Below are positions 55,550-63,991 of a stretch of DNA of 64,000 nucleotides, piece by piece. Both the position numbers and the translations under genes were made by a program. Where the stretch lies: IMG/VR virus record IMGVR_UViG_3300042519_004024, positions 1-64,000 of that record. One strand, 5' to 3'. The notes beneath the pieces were generated by a model that was not told where the DNA came from, ran no database searches, and worked only from the letters and a program-made list of their open reading frames with translations. Each line of letters starts with the position of its first letter. The first letter of the stretch is position 1.

Positions 55550-55856
55550 AATGTTCTAATTGATTTTCGTTGAAGATGTGTAATAATCCGTATTCATCCA
55601 TTTCTCCGATTACCCGTACTTCACCAGCAATAGTTTCAAATACACCTACAATTGTACAAGGAAATTTATAACCTTTTGGTTTGTGAGTCTTGTCCCCAAC
55701 TTTAAATTTTGTTTCTGTTTGATTAATGATACCTTTGAGTCGTTTAATTTCCTCAATCACATCATCGCCCAATTCAATCTTGGACATCATTGTTAGATCA
55801 ATTACTTGACCATATAACACATTAATTAACTCGTCTTTTGCTTGTTCTTTATTCAT
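55533..55856 (-). CDS. hypothetical protein
   Basis: 107 aa. Confidence 0.7.
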   Translation of the reverse strand: MNKEQAKDELINVLYGQVIDLTMMSKIELGDDVIEEIKRLKGIINQTETKFKVGDKTHKPKGYKFPCTIVGVFETIAGEVRVIGEMDEYGLLHIFNENQLEHYEPTR

Positions 55857-56015
55857 CTTTATTTTTATTTAATCTCCTTTCAATTATAGATTCAAGTTCT
55901 GTTATTATTTCTTCCTCAATGTCATCATCCAAGTTATACCACCAATCATCAAATCCATTTCTATCACATAATGAATCTACGATCTCTAAAACACATTTTT
56001 TGATTTCTCGTTTAC

Positions 56016-56246
56016 TCATTTGTATATTGATGGTCTTGAACCATTAAGTTTCTGACTCAATAATGTTTCCTTGAAACACTTAATGAATTCTTCTTTTATG
56101 TCTTCAACAACGATATCGTTACCGTACACCATTACATCTTTCTTAACCCTGTCTTTCCAGTGATAATTTGTTGGGTAGTTGTATAAAAGGAAGTTCTCCA
56201 TTTCCTCCATAGTAAAGGAAAGTTCTATTTTAATTTGTTTACTCAT
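56016..56246 (-). CDS. hypothetical protein
   Basis: 76 aa. Confidence 0.6.
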   Translation of the reverse strand: MSKQIKIELSFTMEEMENFLLYNYPTNYHWKDRVKKDVMVYGNDIVVEDIKEEFIKCFKETLLSQKLNGSRPSIYK

Positions 56247-56653
56247 CTTTGTTTTATTTTACTATTTAATACCAATTCCCTCTCCGTCAATGTATGTTAA
56301 CTTTACCGTTTCGCCATCACCTATAATTGTTAAAGTGGGATATTCATCATCTGGAACAGGATAGGTGGGTTTTATTTCATAACGATATTCATAACAAATT
56401 TTATCCACTTTATCAAGAAACTCTTTCATTTTATTTGTCATCTTCAGTTTTGTTTAATAACTCCCAACCTTCTTCCCATATTGGTGATCCGTACATATAA
56501 GGATGTTCAATAACATCTTCAAGAAATTCCTCAAGTTCTTTTATTCTATTATCCTTTTCTTCTTCCGTCATCTTTTAAAATATGATTTAATTTTCATCCA
56601 AACTATTTCAGGATAGTTCCATAACCACCAAAAAAATATATAAAATTTTCTCA

Positions 56654-56938
56654 TCAGTCAATCATTTTATATGTTGTTGATTTAACTTTATTGTCTTCGT
56701 CAATTTGGTATCTATTTTTATGTCCTTCAATTACTTTTAGGGCATCTTCTTCATTACCATATTTTGCAGTAATTGTAGTTGATGCACCAAACGCTTCTCC
56801 AATCTTATGGATATTATACCAAACAAGTTCTTGTGTTTGTCTGAACATTCTTTTTTTTATTTCTAACTTACAAACTTGAGGTATGTAAACCCTTTGTCCA
56901 CTATTTCTTTCTTCAATTTTGATTCTGTAGTAAGTCAT
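56654..56938 (-). CDS. hypothetical protein
   Basis: 94 aa. Confidence 0.65.
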   Translation of the reverse strand: MTYYRIKIEERNSGQRVYIPQVCKLEIKKRMFRQTQELVWYNIHKIGEAFGASTTITAKYGNEEDALKVIEGHKNRYQIDEDNKVKSTTYKMID

Positions 56939-57206
56939 ATGTTATTCTTTTTCAATTTCTATTTCAGGTTTAACCTTTGGTTTACGTCCTCTTTTCTTAA
57001 CTGGTTCTTCATTAACCTCATCTTCAATAACAATCGTTACAGGTTCAGGGAAAAACATATTCAACCCAACACCTAAATTCACTTCAATTTTTTTCATTTC
57101 CATATTTTTTTCTTAAGTATTCTGCCCACGCAGCTTGTTTCCTACCATTAACGAAGAACCATCCAAAGTTCATCTCAAACCATTTTACAATTCTTTTCAT
57201 ACTATT

Positions 57207-57392
57207 TTAAAACATTAAACCGATTAATAACCCAACACCAAATCCTGACATAAAAATTGATACCAATGCGATAACTAAATATTTTCTAATTGATTTAAAA
57301 TCAAAAGGTAATTGGTTTGTTGGGGGTTGAAAACTCTTCATCATTTTATCCAAATTCTTCATCATGTTTGGATCGAACATATTGTAATTCAT
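57207..57392 (-). CDS. small membrane protein
   Basis: C-terminal TM segment. Confidence 0.65.
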   Translation of the reverse strand: MNYNMFDPNMMKNLDKMMKSFQPPTNQLPFDFKSIRKYLVIALVSIFMSGFGVGLLIGLMF

Positions 57393-57407
57393 ACTAATTA
57401 TTTTTTA

Positions 57408-58010
57408 TTAGAAATTTAAACATTTTGGTAGATATAGTAAAGTGGGGTTCTTCTTTTGTATATCAATATCAGGAAATTTTTCTTTAAAAGTTTTAACGTC
57501 AAACTTACTGGTGATTAAGTGATAACCATTTTTAGTCGGTAGTACAGTTTCAACTTTTACACCTTCAGGTTTTAGTGATGTAATAAATCTACTAACTTCC
57601 ATTACCGCATGATAATCTGAGACATCAATATCTACAACCCACCTTTTCTCCATTGTTTTTATTTGTCCAACAACAGAATCAAATAAACCTTTTTGATTTG
57701 ACACACCGTCTCTGATACGTTCAGCAAGTGTTGCCAACATATTTAAGGACACGTCTTTATGGTTTTGTTTTTGAACGTGGATGTACGCACGTGCTTTAAA
57801 CATCTCACACAGTTGTTTAATCTCATCATATCTTTTTTCAAGATATTCAATAGAGTCGACGCAGTAAGTTTTAATTGTTCTTACTGACTGATGATTATCT
57901 CTTTCATCTTCAGGTTGATCCTTTTTACGTTTAAAGACATATAACATGTAAAAATCACCAGGATGCGAGAAGTTTAATAATGGTTTTATAAGTTCTAAAT
58001 TATCAATCAT
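57408..58010 (-). CDS. protein with AEP/primase-polymerase-like motifs
   Basis: WVVDID and TKNGYHL. Confidence 0.5.
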   Translation of the reverse strand: MIDNLELIKPLLNFSHPGDFYMLYVFKRKKDQPEDERDNHQSVRTIKTYCVDSIEYLEKRYDEIKQLCEMFKARAYIHVQKQNHKDVSLNMLATLAERIRDGVSNQKGLFDSVVGQIKTMEKRWVVDIDVSDYHAVMEVSRFITSLKPEGVKVETVLPTKNGYHLITSKFDVKTFKEKFPDIDIQKKNPTLLYLPKCLNF

Positions 58011-58151
58011 TTTTTACAATTTTGTAATTGTTCAATTTTAACCATTCTAAAAAATTAAGTGCCGTCCATTCTTCAGGATCTAATTCACCAAGAGGACCAT
58101 CACCAAACTGATTAATAAAACCAGGTAAGTAATCGTATTCTATTTCTTCCA

Positions 58152-58391
58152 TTATTCTTCAATCTTATTTATGAATGATTGTCTTTTAATTCTTACCAAA
58201 TCCTCAAGTGGCCAAATAACTGTATATTGATAATTGTTCCAATATTTATCAGGAGTGTTAGTTCTTAATTGTTTTGCAAAATTACTAATCAATTTTAAAG
58301 CAGTAAATGTCTGTTGGTGTGTCTCACAAGAATCAATTACTTTTTCAATCCAGTTTGATACGTCTCCGTAGTGTGTGCTTCTATTTTCCAT
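58152..58391 (-). CDS. hypothetical protein
   Basis: 79 aa; promoter 4 nt upstream. Confidence 0.7.
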   Translation of the reverse strand: MENRSTHYGDVSNWIEKVIDSCETHQQTFTALKLISNFAKQLRTNTPDKYWNNYQYTVIWPLEDLVRIKRQSFINKIEE

Positions 58392-58395
58392 AAGT

Positions 58396-58427
58396 CAAAG
58401 ATACAAAACTTTTTTTAAAAAAACAAA
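58396..58427 (-). promoter_or_regulatory. Bacteroidota-type promoter TTTG-N20-TATCTTTG
   Basis: consensus match, adjacent to a terminator (58420-58451). Confidence 0.75.
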
Positions 58428-58455
58428 CCCCAACTTTTAGAATTGGGGTTAAATA

Positions 58456-58707
58456 TTATTTCTCAATAGGTTTGACCATCTTTATATTAACGGTTGGTGT
58501 GTCCATCCATTGTCCGTTACACATTTTTATGGTACTCATTCCACTTTCATATGATAATACCTGTGTTGCTTCAATTTGTGATCCATCATTTAATATTACT
58601 AACTCATCACAAACTTCACTCTTTTTGAATGAAAAATAAACCATTCCTGCAGATAATGAAAATGTTAATATTACTATTAAAATTATACCGATGTTTTTTC
58701 TTATCAT
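58456..58707 (-). CDS. small membrane-anchored protein
   Basis: N-terminal TM segment. Confidence 0.7.
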   Translation of the reverse strand: MIRKNIGIILIVILTFSLSAGMVYFSFKKSEVCDELVILNDGSQIEATQVLSYESGMSTIKMCNGQWMDTPTVNIKMVKPIEK

Positions 58708-58723
58708 TTTATTTTTTTACTTT

Positions 58724-59098
58724 TTAATAATTTACAAACACACAATTTTCTAATTCATAAAGATGGTTTCCTCTTGTTGATCTTACGTATAAATTTACAC
58801 TATGTCCATATACTTCAAACTTTTTACGTTCTTCACCTTTTTTAACTGATTTTAATGATTCTTTAAAATTTGTATGAAGTCCCATATTTGGTTCAATATT
58901 TTTAACTTTGTCAGTCCAAGTAGATAACCCATACTTACCGTCATATCTAAACTCTTTACCTACGAGTTTTGACAAATCAAAACAATAGTTATCATCCTCG
59001 TTATCAACTAATAATGGATTTTTTTCTCCTGTTAATTCCTCATAGTACGGATTTAACTCACCCGTATATGGATCGTGGGTTGGTATTTCATGGTTCAT
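58724..59098 (-). CDS. hypothetical protein
   Basis: HDPYTGELNPYYEELTG motif. Confidence 0.7.
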   Translation of the reverse strand: MNHEIPTHDPYTGELNPYYEELTGEKNPLLVDNEDDNYCFDLSKLVGKEFRYDGKYGLSTWTDKVKNIEPNMGLHTNFKESLKSVKKGEERKKFEVYGHSVNLYVRSTRGNHLYELENCVFVNY

Positions 59099-59374
59099 TT
59101 AAAATATACTTTTCATTTGATTCATCAATTCAATTAATCTTTTTTCTAATTTTTCAATTTCTCTCTTATCTTCTTCAGTAAGTTCGAAGTTTCTACCTTT
59201 TATTTCTCCAATTTGGTTGGATACGTTTCTGTGCTGATTTAACAGACTTTCATAAAGTAATTTTTTATTTTCCATTTTTAAATATTATTGAGGTTAATGA
59301 AAGTATTCCTGTTGCCACTATTGCAAGATACCCTACGGCAAACAGAAAAAACATTCTAAAAATTTTATATACCA

Positions 59375-59623
59375 TCATTTGACAATTGCCTTTGTTAGTT
59401 TATTTATCAATATCTGTACTTCTTCAAAATCATAAAATCTAACCAATGGATCCGTATTAAAAAATTCAACGTACCAATCACCGTCTTTTATTTCATCATT
59501 TGTTGGTGTAATGAATGTTAATCCATCTACGATGTCAAGTACATAGTAATATGAATCATCTTCATCATGTTCTTTTATTTCTTCACTTTTAAGTCCTAAA
59601 AGTATTATTTCTCTTTCTGTCAT
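59375..59623 (-). CDS. hypothetical protein
   Basis: 82 aa. Confidence 0.7.
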   Translation of the reverse strand: MTEREIILLGLKSEEIKEHDEDDSYYYVLDIVDGLTFITPTNDEIKDGDWYVEFFNTDPLVRFYDFEEVQILINKLTKAIVK

Positions 59624-59624
59624 G

Positions 59625-59882
59625 TTATTTATCTAATGTTTTATCTATTAAAATATATGGTGGTGTGATTCTCACTTCACTTCCATCACTATTAAAGTAA
59701 TAAATCGTGTCTCCATCAAAACTAATAGTGTCGGTGTACCATATGGCATCATGTAAACCACTTACACCGTTTGTTGGTACATAAACCTTACCGTGTATCT
59801 CGTATCTATATTTATCTCTTTCACAAGAAGAAAAAATTATAGTTAACAATATTAATATACTAAATAACTTTTTCATCTTCAA
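59625..59882 (-). CDS. putative lipoprotein
   Basis: MKMKKLFSILILLTIIFSSC lipobox-like Cys. Confidence 0.65.
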   Translation of the reverse strand: MKMKKLFSILILLTIIFSSCERDKYRYEIHGKVYVPTNGVSGLHDAIWYTDTISFDGDTIYYFNSDGSEVRITPPYILIDKTLDK

Positions 59883-60013
59883 CGATTTTTGTTAGTGATA
59901 AAGATGTGTGCCCCGTAACCCCATTTGGTAGTACGTATACCACTTTTTTTCCACCTAAATAGTGAAAGTCATTTTTAATGGTTGCCTCAACAACTTGTTC
60001 AGAAACCAAAATT

Positions 60014-60208
60014 TTAATTTTCTTGTTTTTCATATTGTATTATTTTATCTGTAAAAATATTATCTTCAGGATCATGTATACCTAAATTGTATGTTATAAA
60101 TGTACCATTTTCAAAGTATACTTTCAACATAAGAAACCCTAATTCTGAAATATAAATTTTATTTAACTCTCCAACACCTTTAGGTGTTTGTATCATCGGG
60201 CTTCCCAT
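60014..60208 (-). CDS. hypothetical protein
   Basis: 64 aa. Confidence 0.6.
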   Translation of the reverse strand: MGSPMIQTPKGVGELNKIYISELGFLMLKVYFENGTFITYNLGIHDPEDNIFTDKIIQYEKQEN

Positions 60209-60620
60209 AATTTGAAATTTTATCGTGGATTTTTTGTAATGTGTTAGTAATCTGAGATTTTATTTCTTTCTCGTACTCGGTTCTAATTTCATCAACCTTT
60301 TTATCATATTGTTTTGTAATTTTTTCAGCATCTCTTTTAGCTAATTTAATCACATAATGATAAACATGATTTGTAATTTCAACTTTTTGATCCTCAATGA
60401 TTATAAAAATATCTAAAGACTTATTAATAAGATATCTTTTTCCAGATAATGGTGCGATTGTAAACTTTGTGTCTGAATGATTAATCATTTTTCTAATTAT
60501 AGCGGTACAAATCTGCTCATAACCACTATTTTCATCATAGGTTTTTAAAAATGAACCTTGTTCCCATTTATAAAATTTAACCTTAAATCTTTTATATTGT
60601 CTTCTAAACCATTTTTTCAT
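60180..60620 (-). CDS. hypothetical protein
   Basis: 146 aa; TATATTTG at 60639-60646. Confidence 0.7.
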   Translation of the reverse strand: MKKWFRRQYKRFKVKFYKWEQGSFLKTYDENSGYEQICTAIIRKMINHSDTKFTIAPLSGKRYLINKSLDIFIIIEDQKVEITNHVYHYVIKLAKRDAEKITKQYDKKVDEIRTEYEKEIKSQITNTLQKIHDKISNYGKPDDTNT

Positions 60621-60669
60621 ATAACACGTTTAATAGTACAAATATAAAAAAAATAATTTAATCAGACAA

Positions 60670-61596
60670 CTAAGATGGGAGTTTTTTTCCTTTGTGATGT
60701 GTTTTTTCGTTTTCTACTTTAATCTTAATCTTTGGTTCGTGTCCCTTTGGTAGTTTGTTTTTAATTCCTACCATTTCCCCCATGTCATTATCCATTCTAA
60801 CAGTAACTTCTTTTTTGTCAAGATTCAACATTATTTGTCCTGTAGTTTGCATGTTGTACATATTCTTAGTTCTGTATGGATTTAAAAATGGATTCTTATC
60901 GTATTTTTGTTTTAATCTGTCAATTACCTCACTGTCTGTTTTTACATCCTCTAAATGTTTTTTAGCAAAGTCTAATCTCATATGAGATGATTTTTTCTTT
61001 TCACCTTTAGTATAACCAACACTTTTATGGTATATTCCGTGGTTAGTTCTTACAATTACTTTTGTTTCTTTTTTTAATTTTTTAATAATAGGCGAATGTT
61101 TAGATGTCATTTCAATAACATAAACACCATTAGAATCTGAAACAAACGTTTCCCCCTTTAACCCAACATCTTTTTTATCTTTACCACTAAACCCAACAAT
61201 AGATTTTATTACTTGTGGTAATGTTTTTTGTGATAATGCCTTTCTTATTTTTTCACCATCATAAGATTTAATTCTGGTTTCAGTTGCATCGTTATTCCTT
61301 TTCTTTTGTACTTCTTTTCCTTCTTTTTCGTCTTGATTAACAAGTAAGCTAGAATTTACTATACCTATACCATATTCATTCATTCCTTCACTCCAATCAG
61401 TATCAACATCTCTCCAATACACCACTTCAACGCCATCAATAAGTTCGTGAACAATCTCAACTTTTGCTTTATACCCCCTGTCTCTATTTTTTGCAAGAAC
61501 AACACTATCACCAAGCCTAACCGCAGCTATTGTACATTCCTTTATTAACTCAGGTTGGGTTTCTTCTATTAATATTTGTTTAATTAAATTGTTCAT
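60670..61596 (-). CDS. leader-fused Ntn-hydrolase (peptidase C45 / choloylglycine-hydrolase-like)
   Basis: LIKE|CTIAA..LAKNRDR..EGMNEYGIGIVNS..RTNHG. Confidence 0.75.
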   Translation of the reverse strand: MNNLIKQILIEETQPELIKECTIAAVRLGDSVVLAKNRDRGYKAKVEIVHELIDGVEVVYWRDVDTDWSEGMNEYGIGIVNSSLLVNQDEKEGKEVQKKRNNDATETRIKSYDGEKIRKALSQKTLPQVIKSIVGFSGKDKKDVGLKGETFVSDSNGVYVIEMTSKHSPIIKKLKKETKVIVRTNHGIYHKSVGYTKGEKKKSSHMRLDFAKKHLEDVKTDSEVIDRLKQKYDKNPFLNPYRTKNMYNMQTTGQIMLNLDKKEVTVRMDNDMGEMVGIKNKLPKGHEPKIKIKVENEKTHHKGKKLPS

Positions 61597-62252
61597 TTAA
61601 ATTTTTTCACTCTTTCTTTTGTTCTCATTTTATTTGCGTAGTCTAACCAAACTTCTTTAACTTTTTTCCATTCTTTTTTTGGATTTTTAAACTTTCTTTT
61701 GTTTTCGTCAAACCATTCATCCATGGCGTCCTCCAAAGATATTTTTTTTGTTTTAGATCTTTTTATCAGTCCTCTAACATAAGCAGGTATTTCAACATTA
61801 GATGTTAAATATTTAAAATTATAATCTTCATCTTCTTCATCATATTCTTCATCATTTTTTACATACATATCGTCAAAATTTTGTTGCTCAACATGTTCTA
61901 ATTCATGTTCAATAGTTTCTTTTACTTCAGCAACTAAATCATTCATACTTTTAGGGAACTCGTCAGGGTTGTAGGTTATTTCAATTTCTATTTCTTGCAT
62001 ATCACCAGATCCCCTAACAGAAAACGGATCTTCCATTTTTTTATCTTCTATAAAATAACAAAAGAAATCAAAATTAGCATATTCATCACCTTTTTCAAAA
62101 TGAATATTCTGTAATTCAAAATCTTTTTTATTTTTAAACTGATTAATAACAAATCTAGATAAAGCCAATGATAGTTCATCTGTTTTTCTTTCTGTAATAA
62201 TTTTTTTTGAGATTTTTTTTACAATCCCCTCTAATAGTGTTTTTTTGTACAT
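61593..62252 (-). CDS. leader-fused HExxH zincin-like protein
   Basis: KKIITE; TIEHELEHVEQ..EIPAY; TATTTAT 4 nt upstream. Confidence 0.65.
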   Translation of the reverse strand: MYKKTLLEGIVKKISKKIITERKTDELSLALSRFVINQFKNKKDFELQNIHFEKGDEYANFDFFCYFIEDKKMEDPFSVRGSGDMQEIEIEITYNPDEFPKSMNDLVAEVKETIEHELEHVEQQNFDDMYVKNDEEYDEEDEDYNFKYLTSNVEIPAYVRGLIKRSKTKKISLEDAMDEWFDENKRKFKNPKKEWKKVKEVWLDYANKMRTKERVKKFK

Positions 62253-62308
62253 ACTAATAAATATCATTTAAAAAAAAAGTATTATATTTGTATCTAAATA
62301 AAATAGAT

Positions 62309-62878
62309 ATGAGATTTTTTGTTGTACTTTTTTTCTTGATTATTAATAATTTTTTACTTTCTCAACAAATTAATAATCAAAATTTTAACTCTTCGGAGAT
62401 GAACCGTGTTTTGTTAAAAACTTTTAACGAATTTCGTAAATCTAAAGGTTTGGATACCCTTATTTATTCTGAAACAGTGTTTGATAGTCTTTCTTACCCA
62501 AACTGTGTTGAGGTTTCTTCTTCTTGTAAATTTTACCATCCGTCGCTTACTAATAGATGGAAAAACAAAACTTTAAGAGAGTTAATTGTAAACGAATCTT
62601 ATAATAAAATTGGTGGTAACGTAATGAGACATTCTTCAGGACTTCCTTGGATGGATACTTGGGAAAATGCCTTTAGATCTTATGGAATCTTTACTAGTTA
62701 TGAAGAAATTGCAAAAATAGCAATTGAAAGTTGGGAAAATTCTCTTGGACATAGTAGAGTTCAAAATATGTCTTTTGAGTCTGGTGGGTTACCGGGGTTA
62801 TTTTCTTGTCATTCGGCTTATGGTAAGAACGGTTACATTTACATATATATAAATTTTGTTACCGTACACAGAAATTAA
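62309..62878 (+). CDS. secreted CAP/SCP-domain protein
   Basis: signal peptide; NEFRKSKGL; WENSLGH; TATATTTG at 62283-62290. Confidence 0.7.
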   Translation: MRFFVVLFFLIINNFLLSQQINNQNFNSSEMNRVLLKTFNEFRKSKGLDTLIYSETVFDSLSYPNCVEVSSSCKFYHPSLTNRWKNKTLRELIVNESYNKIGGNVMRHSSGLPWMDTWENAFRSYGIFTSYEEIAKIAIESWENSLGHSRVQNMSFESGGLPGLFSCHSAYGKNGYIYIYINFVTVHRN

Positions 62879-62881
62879 TTT

Positions 62882-63490
62882 TTACTGTTGTAGATGTGTC
62901 ATAAGAACACCACCTAACGCAGTTGCATGTACTTGTAAATGGTTAATCGATTCCATATCAAGTCTTGTTTTTCTTTTTGTATAATCTAAACCTAAAGTTC
63001 CAATAAACTTATCATCAATTGTTTTAATTGCAAATAAGTAACCAGACTTACAGTTAGTATCTTCTGCAATATATTTTAAACCATATGTAGCAATTGATTC
63101 ATCCTTGTAATCAGGAATTTCAATAACGTCGTTACTTAGTAATTGATTTATAGATTTTGAAAATAGGTTTACTGGTATGTTATGAAAATTTGTTTGGACT
63201 GATGTGACTCCAGGATGTACCGTTTCATACATTATAGAAAACTTAGCCATTGATTTTCCTGTTGGGTAAAAGTTACCCCCATTGTGGAATTGTGTTATCC
63301 AAACCCTATCAGCATTAAACTCTTCTTTTATGTGTTCTATTTTGTTTGTTACAAGCTCTGAAACCCTTAAAGTTTCTTTAACCATATCAGGTTTTTCCTT
63401 CTTCTCAAGCTTACTCTTTATATAAAGAACTAAGATTGGTCCGATAACTCCCGTTATAAATGCAATAATAATCCCCACGTATTCACTCAT
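62882..63490 (-). CDS. single-TM protein with GAF-like domain; T4 gp t-like holin candidate
   Basis: N-terminal TM; ADRVWITQFHNG, YET, IEIPD, FIGTLGLDY. Confidence 0.55.
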   Translation of the reverse strand: MSEYVGIIIAFITGVIGPILVLYIKSKLEKKEKPDMVKETLRVSELVTNKIEHIKEEFNADRVWITQFHNGGNFYPTGKSMAKFSIMYETVHPGVTSVQTNFHNIPVNLFSKSINQLLSNDVIEIPDYKDESIATYGLKYIAEDTNCKSGYLFAIKTIDDKFIGTLGLDYTKRKTRLDMESINHLQVHATALGGVLMTHLQQ

Positions 63491-63499
63491 AATATTTTT

Positions 63500-63748
63500 T
63501 TAATTTGATCCAGAATAATTTCTTTTATTTTCCATTTTTTCATAATAACCTTCTTTAGAACCTTTCCAATCCCAAGGCAAATTATTTTTCATATTGTATT
63601 CCAACTTATCTTTAGAAATTCCTTTTAATTTCATCATAAGTTTTTTATAAAAAGATTCATCATTATTATCCTCCTTATCTTTTTCTAATATAACTTTTTT
63701 GACAATTCTTGTCAAATCAGTTTCGGTTAATCTTGTAAATCTTTTCAT
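63500..63748 (-). CDS. leader-bearing small protein
   Basis: MKRFTRLTETDLTRIVKKVILE; TATTTAT 8 nt upstream. Confidence 0.8.
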   Translation of the reverse strand: MKRFTRLTETDLTRIVKKVILEKDKEDNNDESFYKKLMMKLKGISKDKLEYNMKNNLPWDWKGSKEGYYEKMENKRNYSGSN

Positions 63749-63774
63749 ACTAATTAATAAATATACCGTTAATC

Positions 63775-63801
63775 TAAAAACCCCCACTTTTGGTGGGGGT
63801 T
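63775..63801 (-). terminator. intrinsic terminator
   Basis: AACCCCCAC/GTGGGGGTT plus T-run. Confidence 0.75.
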
Positions 63802-63823
63802 AGTTACTAATTTTAATAAAAAT

Positions 63824-63991
63824 TTATTTCTTGTCAACAATAGACCAAATAGCCCCTGTTAATGTCATAGCACCACCAACTATTTCAGTAACAGTTGTTT
63901 CATCCACTAAACCTTTCATTACTAAGATACCACCAACAAATGTCAATGCATGTCTGATGATTCCCATAATTTGTTCTTTAGTTAATTTCAT
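63824..63991 (-). CDS. small two-TM holin-like protein (55 aa), not in track
   Basis: MKLTKEQIMGIIRHALTFVGGILVMKGLVDETVVTEIVGGAMTLTGAIWSIVDKK. Confidence 0.65.
   Translation of the reverse strand: MKLTKEQIMGIIRHALTFVGGILVMKGLVDETTVTEIVGGAMTLTGAIWSIVDKK

Noticed and set aside
335-62000. Many short + strand ORFs antisense to the minus-strand genes (e.g. 335..658, 11380..11757, 22658..23086, 24169..24549, 48269..48730 on minus)
   Set aside because: They lie fully opposite well-supported genes, lack promoter motifs and have shadow-frame composition.
464-63748. Leaders as Sec/Tat signal peptides
   Set aside because: They have no hydrophobic h-region or twin-arginine motif; true signal-like peptides here (45128, 59625, 62309) look different.
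895-63763. ATAAATA as the T4 late promoter TATAAATA
   Set aside because: Relative to the downstream gene the motif reads TATTTAT, the reverse orientation, on both strands.
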